From Actinomycetes bacterium (GTDB taxonomy: Bacteria > Actinomycetota > Acidimicrobiia > Acidimicrobiales > Bog-793), in contig JAKABX010000001.1 of the NCBI GenBank assembly GCA_021796545.1, positions 3,977 through 67,976 of the forward strand: 64,000 bases of DNA. Reading direction: 5' to 3'. How positions within the stretch are numbered: position 1 is the stretch's first letter; each line of letters starts with the position of its first letter. The position numbers were made by a program, and so were the translations under genes. Below, one piece after another: positions 17,894 to 26,569 of the stretch. A model generated the notes under the pieces. The model made no database searches. It saw only the letters and a program-made list of their open reading frames with translations, and had not been told where the DNA came from.

Positions 17894-19428
17894 GGGCGGT
17901 CGCCCGGCGCGCCGTCGTGGCGGCGGGGGAAGAGGACCTCCCCCTTCTCGACCCGCAGACCGCCGGGGTAGCCGCCCCAACCGAGCCCGCCCGCCGCCCG
18001 ACCCGGGTCCCCGGGGCCGCCCGAGAGCCCGAGGCGCGACCAGATCGCCGCGGCCGCGCGCGGCAGCGCCGGCGACGCGAGCACGGCGACGAGGCGCAGG
18101 ACCTCAAGCGCGTCGCCGAGCACGCCCTCGACCTGCGCGCCGGGCGGGAGCTTCCACGGCTCCTCGGCCTCGAGCTCGGCATTGGCGTCGCGGATCAGCC
18201 GCCAGGTTGCCTCGAGCGCGTCGTGCGGGGCGCTGCGCGCCCAGGCCGCCTCGGCGTCCGCGACGCAGGCGAGGGCCTGGGGCGCGAGCGGGCTCGCGTC
18301 GGCCGGACGCGGCGCGGGCCCGATCCCGCCGCACTTGGACCCGACGACCGTCGCGACGCGCGCGAGCAGGTTCCCGAGGTTGTTCGCGAGGTCCGCGTTG
18401 TAGCGCGCGACGAGCCCCTCGTAGCTGAACTCGCCGTCCGCTCCGAGGGAGACCTCCCTCAGGAGGTGGTAGCGGAGCGCGTCGCTACCGACGTCGGCCG
18501 CGAGGGCGACCGGGTCGATCTGGTTGGCGCGCGACTTGGACATCTTCTCGCCACCGACGAGCAGGAAGCCGTGGACGAGCACCTCCGCGGGCGGCTCGAC
18601 GCCGGCGGCGAGACACATCGCCGGCCACCACACCGCGTGGAAACGCAGGATGTCCTTGCCGACGAGGTGATGCACCGCCGGCCACCAGCGGACGAACGCG
18701 GCGTCGTCGATGCCATAGCCGGCCGCGGTGCAGTAGTTGATCAGCGCGTCGTACCAGACGTAGACGACGTGGCTCTCGTCCCAGGGGACTGGGATCCCCC
18801 ACCCGATCGAGGTCCGCGAGATCGAGATGTCCTCGAGCCCCTGGCGGATGAAGCTCAGCGCCTCGTTGCGCCGCGTCTCGGGGCGCACGGCGTCCGGGCG
18901 CGTCGCATACCACTCGAGGAGGGCGTCTTGGAACTTGGAGAGCGCGAAGAAGTAGTTCTCCTCGACGAGCCACTCGACGTCACGGCCGTGCACGGGACAG
19001 GTGCGCCCGGGGGCGAGCTCGGCCTCCCCGTAGTAGGCCTCGCACGCGACGCAGTACCACCCGGAGTAGGTGCCCTTGTAGATGTGGCCGTTGTCGTGGA
19101 TCGCCCGGATGAAGCGCTGGACGGCCGCACGGTGACGCCCTTCGGTCGTGCGGATGAAGTCGTCGTAGGAGATATCGAGTGCGGCCCAGGCCGTCTTGAA
19201 GTGGGCGCTCGTCTCATCGGCCCAGGTCCGCGGGTCGACGCCACGCTCCTCGGCCGCGCGCTGGATCTTGAGTCCGTGCTCGTCGGTGCCGGTGAGGAAG
19301 AGGACCTCGTCGCCGACGACGCGGTGCCAGCGCGCCAGCGCGTCGGCGCTGACGACGGTGTAGGCGGTACCGAGGTGCGGCCGGTCGTTGACGTAGAAGA
19401 TCGGCGTCGTCTGGTAGTAGCGGGCCAC
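17890..19428 (-). CDS. metG: methionine--tRNA ligase
   Basis: 512 aa. YYQTTPIFYVNDRPHLGTAYT (HIGH region) and KMSKSRAN (KMSKS). Confidence 0.95.
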   Translation of the reverse strand: MARYYQTTPIFYVNDRPHLGTAYTVVSADALARWHRVVGDEVLFLTGTDEHGLKIQRAAEERGVDPRTWADETSAHFKTAWAALDISYDDFIRTTEGRHRAAVQRFIRAIHDNGHIYKGTYSGWYCVACEAYYGEAELAPGRTCPVHGRDVEWLVEENYFFALSKFQDALLEWYATRPDAVRPETRRNEALSFIRQGLEDISISRTSIGWGIPVPWDESHVVYVWYDALINYCTAAGYGIDDAAFVRWWPAVHHLVGKDILRFHAVWWPAMCLAAGVEPPAEVLVHGFLLVGGEKMSKSRANQIDPVALAADVGSDALRYHLLREVSLGADGEFSYEGLVARYNADLANNLGNLLARVATVVGSKCGGIGPAPRPADASPLAPQALACVADAEAAWARSAPHDALEATWRLIRDANAELEAEEPWKLPPGAQVEGVLGDALEVLRLVAVLASPALPRAAAAIWSRLGLSGGPGDPGRAAGGLGWGGYPGGLRVEKGEVLFPRRHDGAPGDRP

Positions 19429-19433
19429 GGCGC

Positions 19434-20309
19434 TCAGCGTACCGGGGGCTCGGGTCCCTCCCCGGAGGGCGGGGATCCCGCAGCCAGCGCAGACCGGTAG
19501 GCGTCGCGGTGCGCGAGCCCGAGGAGCACCTCGGCCGCGAGGGCCGCATCGCGCACCGACAGGCCGGCGCCCCGCAGCCGTCCGAGCGCCTCCTCGATGC
19601 CGGGGAGCGGGGCGCTCTTTGGGGCGGGCGCGCCGTCGAGCACGAGCACGTGCTCCCCGCGGCGCTCACCCTCCCCGCGCTCTGCGAGCGCCGCGCCGAG
19701 CGTGCCGCGCCAGACCTCCTCGTGCAGCTTGGTCAGCTCGCGTGCGATGACGACCCGCCGGTCCGTGCCGCAGGCCGCCGCGAGCGCCGCGAGCGTGGCG
19801 GCGACGCGGCGCGGCGACTCGTACAGCACCGATGGCTCCTCCGCCACAGCGAGCACCTCGAGGCGCCGGCGGCGCTCGGGTCCGGTGCGCGGCAGGAAGC
19901 CCTCAAAGCGGAAATGCGCCGTGTCGAGTCCGCTGACCACAAGCGCCGCAAGCAGCGCGGAGGGCCCCGGCACCGCGGTGACGACCGCGCCGACACGCAC
20001 CGCCGCCTGGACCAGGCGGGCACCGGGGTCCGAGACGAGCGGCGTCCCCGCGTCCGAGACGAGCGCGACCGACGCGCCCTGGGCGAGGAGGTTCCCGAGC
20101 TCGGCCGTGCGCGCCGCCTCGTTGTGTGCGTGCAGGGAGGCGAGCCGGCGCGTCCGGATTCCCGCTGCCGAGAGCAGCCGCCCGGTGTGGCGGGTGTCCT
20201 CGCACGCGACCACGTCGACCTCGGCGAGCACGGCCGCCGCGCGCGGGGAGAGGTCGCCGAGGTTGCCGATCGGCGTCGCCACGACCACGAGACGCCCCGG
20301 GGCGCTCAC
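19434..20309 (-). CDS. rsmI: 16S rRNA (cytidine1402-2'-O)-methyltransferase
   Basis: GTG 20309 (GTGA overlap with the upstream DUF192 gene) gives VSAPGRLVVVATPIGNLGDLSPRA...ACEDTRHTGRLL...SDAGTPLVSDPG. Confidence 0.9.
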   Translation of the reverse strand: MSAPGRLVVVATPIGNLGDLSPRAAAVLAEVDVVACEDTRHTGRLLSAAGIRTRRLASLHAHNEAARTAELGNLLAQGASVALVSDAGTPLVSDPGARLVQAAVRVGAVVTAVPGPSALLAALVVSGLDTAHFRFEGFLPRTGPERRRRLEVLAVAEEPSVLYESPRRVAATLAALAAACGTDRRVVIARELTKLHEEVWRGTLGAALAERGEGERRGEHVLVLDGAPAPKSAPLPGIEEALGRLRGAGLSVRDAALAAEVLLGLAHRDAYRSALAAGSPPSGEGPEPPVR

Positions 20310-20626
20310 TCCTCGATCTCGAGGCGGTCGCCGGGGCGCAACCGCCACCGCTCGAAGGCACCGGCCTCGGCCTCGAGGATCGAGCAGACGCCGCGGTGCG
20401 GCAGGCCCAGCCGGTTCGGGGCGAGCCGGGACGTCGCGACGACCACGAGATCGGCGTCGAGGTAGGCGACGTCGACGGCGCGGCGGGCGCCGAAGCTGTG
20501 CGCGCGGCGCCGAGGGATGAGCACCGCACCGACGCCCGGCGCGCTGCGGCGCCGCCGGCGGCGCCACTTGGCGGGGCCGACCTCGAGGCTCGCGAGCACC
20601 TCGCCTTGGCGCAGGAGCCAGGCCAC
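20306..20626 (-). CDS. DUF192-like protein
   Basis: GTG 20626 is preceded by gggagg. VAWLLRQGEVLASLEV...AHSFGARRAVDVAYLDADLVVV...LEAEAGAFERW resembles DUF192. 106 aa. Confidence 0.6.
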   Translation of the reverse strand: MAWLLRQGEVLASLEVGPAKWRRRRRRSAPGVGAVLIPRRRAHSFGARRAVDVAYLDADLVVVATSRLAPNRLGLPHRGVCSILEAEAGAFERWRLRPGDRLEIEE

Positions 20627-20727
20627 CCCCCACCTCCCTCGGCCGTGCCGGTGACCTTCCACCGACAACCTACTTCCGACCGTGCGCCCGCGAGCGGGAC
20701 ACAGCCGCCTTGCTAGGATCGCCAGCC

Positions 20728-20811
20728 GTGTCCAAGCGAACCACGAAGCGGAAGCTCTCCACCAAGAAGAAGGCGAACCACGGCAAGAAGCCGAACTGCG
20801 GTCGCGGCTGA
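20728..20811 (+). CDS. actinobacterial mini ribosomal protein bL37-like (27 aa)
   Basis: GTG 20728 gives VSKRTTKRKLSTKKKANHGKKPNCGRG. The KKANHGKxPN core matches mycobacterial bL37 as I recall it. TAGGAT lies 8 nt upstream of the start, which may indicate a leaderless transcript. Too short for the ORF track. Confidence 0.6.
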   Translation: MSKRTTKRKLSTKKKANHGKKPNCGRG

Positions 20812-20838
20812 CCCCTTCCTCCGCGCGCTCGGCGCGCT

Positions 20839-21924
20839 TCAGACGTTGAAGCGGAACTCGACGACGTCGCCGTCCTGCATCACGTAGTCGCGGCCCTCGA
20901 TGCGCGCCTTTCCCGCGGCGCGTGCCGCGGCGAGGGAGCCCGCGGCGATGAGGTCGTCGTAGGAGACGACCTCGGCCTTGATGAATCCCCGCTCGAAGTC
21001 GCTGTGGATCGCGCCGGCGGCCACCGGGGCGGTGTCGCCCGCGTGGATCGTCCACGCGCGGGTCTCCTTCGGACCGGCGGTGAGGTAGGTCTGCAGACCG
21101 AGCGTGCGGAACCCGACACGGGCCAGGCGTGCCAGTCCGGACTCGCTGAGCCCGTAGGACGAGAGCAGGTCGGCCGCGTCGGCCGGCTCGAGGGTCGCGA
21201 GCTCCGCCTCGAGCTGCGCGCAGAGCACGACCGCTTCGGCCGGCGCGACGAGCGCGGCGAGGCTCTCGGCGAGCTGTCCGTCGCCGAGAGCGGACTCGTC
21301 GATGTTAAAGACGTAGATGAACGGCTTGGCCGTGAGCAGGTGGAGGTCCCTCAAGAGCGCCGGGTCGAGCGCACCGTCGGCGGCGGCCGCCGAGATCGTG
21401 CGACCGGCGTCGAGAACGGCGCGCGCACGGCGCAGAGTCGCAAGCATCGCCGCGAGGTCGGGGCGGTTGCGCGCCTCGCGCTCGAGGCGCGCGAGGCGGT
21501 TGTCGACGCTCTGGAGATCGGCGAGGACGAGTTCGGTCTCGACGGTCTCCCGGTCCCCCGCGGGGTCGACGCGTCCGTCGACGTGGATGACGTCGGGGTC
21601 GGTGAAGACGCGCACCACCTGGCAGATCGCGTCGACCTCCCGGATCGCGGCGAGGAACTTGTTGCCGAGGCCCTGACCCTCCGACGCCCCCCGGACCAGC
21701 CCGGCGATGTCGACGAAGGTGACCGTCGCCGGCACGACACGTGCCGAGTGGAAGAGCGCGCCGAGGCGCTCGAGGCGCTCGTCGGGCACCGCCACGACGC
21801 CGACGTTCGGCTCGATCGTGGCGAAGGGGTAATTGGCGGCGAGCACGCCGTTGTTGGTGAGCGCGTTGAACAGGGTCGACTTGCCGACGTTCGGGAGTCC
21901 GACGATCCCGATCGACAGCCCCAC
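20839..21924 (-). CDS. ychF: redox-regulated ribosome-binding ATPase YchF
   Basis: GTG 21924 is preceded by gaaggagg. [33 protein letters not shown] and a C-terminal TGS-like ...[21 protein letters not shown]. 361 aa. The upstream 300 codons of the track ORF are an artefact. Confidence 0.93.
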   Translation of the reverse strand: MGLSIGIVGLPNVGKSTLFNALTNNGVLAANYPFATIEPNVGVVAVPDERLERLGALFHSARVVPATVTFVDIAGLVRGASEGQGLGNKFLAAIREVDAICQVVRVFTDPDVIHVDGRVDPAGDRETVETELVLADLQSVDNRLARLEREARNRPDLAAMLATLRRARAVLDAGRTISAAAADGALDPALLRDLHLLTAKPFIYVFNIDESALGDGQLAESLAALVAPAEAVVLCAQLEAELATLEPADAADLLSSYGLSESGLARLARVGFRTLGLQTYLTAGPKETRAWTIHAGDTAPVAAGAIHSDFERGFIKAEVVSYDDLIAAGSLAAARAAGKARIEGRDYVMQDGDVVEFRFNV

Positions 21925-21971
21925 GGCACCTCCTTCGTCACTCGCCCCAGAAGAGGTGCAGCGTAGACGCG

Positions 21972-22928
21972 CTAGGTTCCGCCCCCGGCCGCCCGGCTGC
22001 CGGGTACCCGCGGGGCGCCGAGGTGCGCGAGACGCGCCGCGAGCACGCTCGGGCGGTCGGTCATGATCCCGTCCACGCCCGCGCCGACGAGCCGGTCCAT
22101 CTCGGCCGGGTCGTTGACCGTCCAGGCATGGACCGCAACGCCGATCTCGTGCGCCGTGGCGACGAAACCCGCGGTGACGAGGCGGATGCCGCGCACGTGA
22201 CTCGGCACCTGGAAGGCCGCGTAGCGTGAGAGGAACTCCGGGGGCCGGCGCCGCGTGCGCTGCGCGAGGAGGAACGACCGCAGCGCGCGGCGCTGGGGGG
22301 AGACGGCGATCTCGGGTGCGAGCACGCCGACGCGGGCGACCGCCGCCTCGTGGAAAGAGGCGACGATGACGTCCTCGATGCGCCCGTGGCGACGCAGCAG
22401 GGCGACCAGGGCCGCCTCGTAGGGGCGCACCCTCGGCGCGGTCTGCTTGATGTCGAGGTTGAGCGGGACTCCCCGAGTCGCCTCGAGCACCTCCGCGAGA
22501 CGCGGCACGCGCAGCCGCTCGTCGCGCCGGGCGGCGTGACGGAGCGGGTACTCCCCCGCGGGCCGCCCCGGCACGCTTCCCCGACCGGGAATGAAGTGGT
22601 AGGCGGCATCGAGGTGCGCGATCTCTGCGTAGGTGCGCTCCGCGATCGGCCCGGTCCCGTCGGTCGTCGCGTCGAGGGTGGCGTCGTGGCAGACGACGAT
22701 CTCGCCGTCCGCGGTCGCGTGCACGTCGAGCTCGATCGCGTCCGCGCCGGCAGAGAGCGCGTGCTCGATCGCGTACAGCGTGCTCGCCGGCGCCTCCTCG
22801 GCGCCCCCCTGATGCGCGTACGCGAGCACGCGACGCTCCAGCCACGGATTCACGGACCCACCCCCCCGCAACCTCTCAGCGCACCCACCCCCGTGATCTC
22901 GCGCCACGAGGGCGCGAGTAGCCTCCAC
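21972..22928 (-). CDS. glycerophosphodiester phosphodiesterase family protein
   Basis: AYAHQGGAEEAPASTLYA...AIELDVHATADGEIVVCHD (GDPD catalytic region). The alternative GTG start at 22853 (VNPWLERRVL) is more likely, as it leaves a divergent promoter gap. Confidence 0.8.
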   Translation of the reverse strand: MEATRALVARDHGGGCAERLRGGGSVNPWLERRVLAYAHQGGAEEAPASTLYAIEHALSAGADAIELDVHATADGEIVVCHDATLDATTDGTGPIAERTYAEIAHLDAAYHFIPGRGSVPGRPAGEYPLRHAARRDERLRVPRLAEVLEATRGVPLNLDIKQTAPRVRPYEAALVALLRRHGRIEDVIVASFHEAAVARVGVLAPEIAVSPQRRALRSFLLAQRTRRRPPEFLSRYAAFQVPSHVRGIRLVTAGFVATAHEIGVAVHAWTVNDPAEMDRLVGAGVDGIMTDRPSVLAARLAHLGAPRVPGSRAAGGGT

Positions 22929-22933
22929 CTGCC

Positions 22934-23539
22934 GTGATCGACCACATTCTCCTCGACCTCATCGGGGCAATCCGCGAAGCCCTCGAGGGCGCCCTCCTCG
23001 AGCAGCTCGCCGTCGAGGAGCGCTTCCAGATCGACGTCTTCCTCGGGGACGTCTCCTTCGAGACCTCCTACAGCCTTCCCGGCGAGCAGAGCCCACCGCG
23101 CGTGCGCGCCGACATCAGCCTCGAGTGGCCGACCTGGAGCCAGAGCGCGTACCGCTCCTGGTCGATTGGCGAGTCGCCGGCGGAGCGCCCCGAGGTCGTC
23201 ATCGAGGTCGCGCTCCGGCTCCAGCGCCTCGTCGGTCTGCCCGACCCCGCGGCAGTCCTCGCCGCACTCGGAGAAAGCGTGCCCGAGATCGGCGGCGAGC
23301 GCCTGGAGCGGACCGGACCGACGATCGAGCAGGTCCACCGCGACACCGGCCCGCCCTCGTGCGCGATCGAGATCGCCTACCAGGGCGCCTACCGCTTCGA
23401 CGAGGCCGTCCTCGAGGAGCCCGAGAAGATCGACGAGCAGGTCGCGGGTCTCGCACGCTGGATCGCGTCGGGGCTGGTGCGCCTGGCGGATCTGGACCTT
23501 CCGTTCCTGCCCGCCGAGGAGGACGACGCCGCGGGCTGA
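22934..23539 (+). CDS. acidic hypothetical protein (201 aa)
   Basis: GTG start. Balanced, protein-like composition (MIDHILLDLIGAIREALEGALLEQLAVEERFQIDVF...) with an acidic C-terminus FLPAEEDDAAG. I recognise no family. Confidence 0.55.
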   Translation: MIDHILLDLIGAIREALEGALLEQLAVEERFQIDVFLGDVSFETSYSLPGEQSPPRVRADISLEWPTWSQSAYRSWSIGESPAERPEVVIEVALRLQRLVGLPDPAAVLAALGESVPEIGGERLERTGPTIEQVHRDTGPPSCAIEIAYQGAYRFDEAVLEEPEKIDEQVAGLARWIASGLVRLADLDLPFLPAEEDDAAG

Positions 23540-23700
23540 GCCCGGGCTCCTCGGCTCGCCCCGGAATCCCCGCGCCCGCACCCGGCACAGCCCTGCGGCC
23601 CGCTCGCCGCCCGGAGCGGGGACCCGCCAAAAGCGCCGTTGGGCCCAGCTGCGACGGGCGGCTCGGTGGGCCATGGTCCTGCAGCCATTGCCGCCACGGG

Positions 23701-24132
23701 TCACCCGCTGCCCGGCCGGGGCACGCCCGATCGCGTGCCGCCTCCGCCAAAGGCCGGCTCGCGCGCAAGAGCCGCTCCGTCGGCGACCCAGCCCACCCTC
23801 CCCGGCCGACAGGAGCTGGCGGGCCCAGCGTCGGGCAACAGGATCGGTCCGTCACCGAGGACGACGAGCGGCCGGGGGACGCGGCGCCTTGTCGCCAAGA
23901 TCCTTCGATCGTGATCCACGTCGTTGCGCAGCCGACCGGAGGTGAGGTCCCGGATCACGCGCGCCCGCCAAGGACCCGGCACCCGCTCGAGGCCGCGGGG
24001 AAGCGGGCCGTCGGGTCGGTGCGCGGCGGCCGCCCCAGGGCACACCTGCACCCGCCCGGAGTCGAGCGCCGTGGCGAGCACGTGCGGGCGCGTACGCGTC
24101 GCGAGCCTGCGGACCGACAGGTCCAGGGTCAA
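23701..24132 (-). CDS. hypothetical protein, or the distal part of a frameshifted gene
   Basis: TTG at 24132 overlaps the stop of the upstream frame (TTGA at 24129-24132). MTLDLSVRRLATRTRPHVLATALDSGRVQV...PLVVLGDGPILLPDAG. The codon-phase GC signal is good at 23850-24130 and weak below 23820. Confidence 0.35.
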   Translation of the reverse strand: MTLDLSVRRLATRTRPHVLATALDSGRVQVCPGAAAAHRPDGPLPRGLERVPGPWRARVIRDLTSGRLRNDVDHDRRILATRRRVPRPLVVLGDGPILLPDAGPASSCRPGRVGWVADGAALAREPAFGGGGTRSGVPRPGSG

Positions 24133-24437
24133 AAGCCGGGGCCGTGGACCGCGACCGCGCGCCCCGTGCGGATCGGGGGCAGCGTGACCCGGCAGAGCTT
24201 GCGTCGGGTCGCCATGGCGTCGTGCGCCCGCAGCACCGGACCGATGGCCGTGGCCGCCTCGAGCGCGTCGTCGTGGACGAAGCTGAGGTAGCCGAGATCG
24301 ATGCTGTTCTCGGTGACGTCGAGCGGGTGGCCGTCGAACTGGACGCGGGTCCACGACACCGTGGTCCCGCCCGGCACCCGCAGCTCGGGGAGGCTCCACG
24401 TGGGCGGCGGAGCGTCCGGGTGGTACCGGACGGACAC
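24129..24437 (-). CDS. hypothetical protein, or the middle part of a frameshifted gene
   Basis: Third-position GC is 18-19 of 20 in the sampled 60-nt blocks for this frame. GTG 24437 gives VSVRYHPDAPPPTWSLPELRVPGGTTVSWTRVQFDGHPLDVTENSIDLGYLSFVHDDALEAATAIGPVLRAHD.... No family recognised. Confidence 0.45.
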   Translation of the reverse strand: MSVRYHPDAPPPTWSLPELRVPGGTTVSWTRVQFDGHPLDVTENSIDLGYLSFVHDDALEAATAIGPVLRAHDAMATRRKLCRVTLPPIRTGRAVAVHGPGF

Positions 24438-24826
24438 GGTTGTCGTCGACCTCGAGGACCGGCAAGCTGGCGAGTTGGACAGACCGGGCCTTGCCGCCGC
24501 AGCCGTTCGGCCGGCATCCGGCGTCGGGGGCGAAGCAAGAGCGGTGCAAGTTGCACTCGGGACGGTCGGACTTGACGTGCCCGAACCGGGCCCGGTCGGG
24601 CGCCGAGGCGGGGCACGACGCGCTTTCGGGCCGGCGGCGACGCCAGACCAGCCCGACGCCGCGGGCAGCTTGCGCGGATGCACGGCCGGTCGACGTCTGC
24701 GCCGATCGGGGCCGGGACCGGCGCCGTGGGCAAACCTACCTCGGCGTCTTGTTTCGGGACGACCGTGGTAGCGGTGCCTCCGGCCGGGGCGCTCCCGAGC
24801 GGGAGGCGTGCGTCCGGCGCAGCGTC

Positions 24827-24855
24827 GTGCTCCGTCCGGCGCCGGGACGGAGCAC
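24827..24855 (-). terminator. strong GC hairpin 6 nt downstream of the PfkB kinase stop
   Basis: gtgctccgtccggc / gccgggacggagcac form a 14-bp stem with one bulge. No U-tract, which is common in high-GC actinobacteria. Confidence 0.45.
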
Positions 24856-24861
24856 GTCTTG

Positions 24862-25902
24862 TCAGAGCGGCGTCTTGGCCGTGGCGATGGCCGCGAGCGG
24901 CCGCTCTGGGCGGGCACCGAGATGGCCGATCACCTCTGCGGCGGCGAGCGCGCCGAGCGCGCCGGCCTCCTCGAGATCGGCGCCGTGGGTGAAGCCGTAA
25001 CAGAAGCCGGCCGCGAACAGGTCGCCCGCCCCGGTCCGGTCGACGACCGGATCGATGGGCGCCACGGGCACGTGCAGGACCCCGCCCCCGGCGCCGACGA
25101 GCGCGCCGTCGGACCCGCAGGTCGCCACGGCCACAAGCCCGGGCCGGGCGACCGCCCCGAGCGCCTCCCGCACGCTCGGGACGCCGGCCAGCGCGCAGAT
25201 CTCGGCCTCGTTCGCGAAGACGAGGTCGACCTCCTCGTGCACGAGCCGGGCGAGTGTCGCATGGTGCCGCTCCACCAGGAGGGAGTCCGCGAGGCCGACC
25301 GCGACGGTGTTCCCCGCCCGTCGGCGCGCCTCGAGGATGCGCTCGACGATTGCCGGGGCGTCGGGGAGGTCGAGAACGTAGCCCTCGAGGAAGACGAGCG
25401 CCGCCTCAGCGAGGAGGTCGACGTCGATCCCGCTGCGGTCCAGGCGCCCGCCGACGCCGAGTGCGGTCGCCATCGTGCGCTCGCCGTCGGGGGTGACGAC
25501 GACGAAGCAGCGGCCCGTCGCGGCCTCGCTGTCGGCTTCGTCGACGGGGAAGCGCTCGAGCACGGCACGCACTCCGGACGCGTCGAGGTCGGCGGCGAAG
25601 CGCTCGCCCGGCTCGTCGTGTGCCACGGCGCCGATGAAGGCCGGGGTCCCCCCGAAAGACGCGATCCCGACGGCGGTGTTGGTCACCATCCCGCCGGGGA
25701 CGCGCCGGTGGGTCCCGACGCGCTCCGCGATCCGAAGCGACGTCTCGATGTCGACCAGCGTCATGCTGCCCGGTGGCAGACCGAGCTCGTCGAGGACGTC
25801 GTAGGGGGCGAAGGCCAGGTGGTCCATCAGCGCGTTGCCGACGCAGACGACGTCGATCGGACGCGCGGGGGACGCGTCCGTCCCGTGGGCGAGAGCGCTC
25901 AT
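24862..25902 (-). CDS. PfkB-family carbohydrate/nucleoside kinase (adenosine-kinase-like)
   Basis: 346 aa. VVCVGNALMDHL, GGMVTNTAVG and DRTGAGDLFAAGF (PfkB signature 2). Nucleoside-metabolism neighbourhood. Confidence 0.8.
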   Translation of the reverse strand: MSALAHGTDASPARPIDVVCVGNALMDHLAFAPYDVLDELGLPPGSMTLVDIETSLRIAERVGTHRRVPGGMVTNTAVGIASFGGTPAFIGAVAHDEPGERFAADLDASGVRAVLERFPVDEADSEAATGRCFVVVTPDGERTMATALGVGGRLDRSGIDVDLLAEAALVFLEGYVLDLPDAPAIVERILEARRRAGNTVAVGLADSLLVERHHATLARLVHEEVDLVFANEAEICALAGVPSVREALGAVARPGLVAVATCGSDGALVGAGGGVLHVPVAPIDPVVDRTGAGDLFAAGFCYGFTHGADLEEAGALGALAAAEVIGHLGARPERPLAAIATAKTPL

Positions 25903-25936
25903 CGGCCGGATGCTACCGGCGGCCGGGGGGCTGACC

Positions 25937-26461
25937 TCAACCGACGGCGGCGGTGCCCGGGCGCGCCAGGACGCGCAGGATCACTTTGAAAAGGAGCATC
26001 GCCGTGCACGCGACCGCCCCGGGCGCCGGAAGGCACACGGCGCGCGTGGCGGTCACCGTCGCCGTTCCCGCCCGCCGCGCGCGCAGGCGCCGGGCGGTGG
26101 CGCCCCGCACAGGCAGGACCCCGAGCGCGGCCGTCTGGAGGACGCCGGCCGGTCTTGCGACGGGAACCGTCCACATCGGCCCCGACAGGGAGGGGGCGTG
26201 GAGGAAGAAGAGGACCTCCTCGCCCACCCGGACGCAGTAGGTCCGGCCGTTCTGCGCCTGGGTCAGCACCGCGGCACCACCGCCCTTCGGCGGGCGGAGC
26301 ACGACGCAGGCCGGAGTCCTCGCAGCGGGACGCGTCGAGGACGCGCTTGCGGCCCCGCCGGTGAAGGGGCCGACGAGCGATGCCATGGCGAGCGCGGCGA
26401 CGAGCGGGACGCCGGCGCGGCGGTGGGGACCCCGGCGTCCCCCGCGGCGGACCGATCCCAT
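25937..26461 (-). CDS. small secreted hypothetical protein
   Basis: MGSVRRGGRRGPHRRAGVPLVAALAMASLVGPFTGGAASA looks like a signal (possibly Tat-type) peptide. The mature part has 4 Cys and beta-rich segments (TYCVRVGEEVLFFLH, TATVTATRAVC). Family unknown. Confidence 0.5.
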   Translation of the reverse strand: MGSVRRGGRRGPHRRAGVPLVAALAMASLVGPFTGGAASASSTRPAARTPACVVLRPPKGGGAAVLTQAQNGRTYCVRVGEEVLFFLHAPSLSGPMWTVPVARPAGVLQTAALGVLPVRGATARRLRARRAGTATVTATRAVCLPAPGAVACTAMLLFKVILRVLARPGTAAVG

Positions 26462-26569
26462 GGCACCTCCCTCCACGAGGCTACGCCACCGGGCCGACCC
26501 GCCACCAAGAGGTGGGGATAGGCTGCGCGCGGCTCGTCGCGCGGGTGCGGCGAGAGTGCGTGGAGGACG

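Noticed and set aside
23125-24291. A 388-aa plus-strand ORF whose third codon position coincides with the favoured minus-strand phase at 23850-24130.
   Set aside because: The GC3 phase cannot separate the two strands here. However, the plus product is Arg/Pro/Gly-rich with no hydrophobic core, whereas the minus product (…LVVLGDGPILLPDAG…, …LDLSVRRLATRT…) is more protein-like. Rejection is tentative.
24440-25000. A 186-aa plus-strand ORF sharing the high-GC phase at 24441-24600.
   Set aside because: If it were plus-strand coding, GC1 would be ~45% and GC2 ~70%, the reverse of the normal pattern. Its 3' half is antisense to the PfkB kinase. The minus strand fits better.
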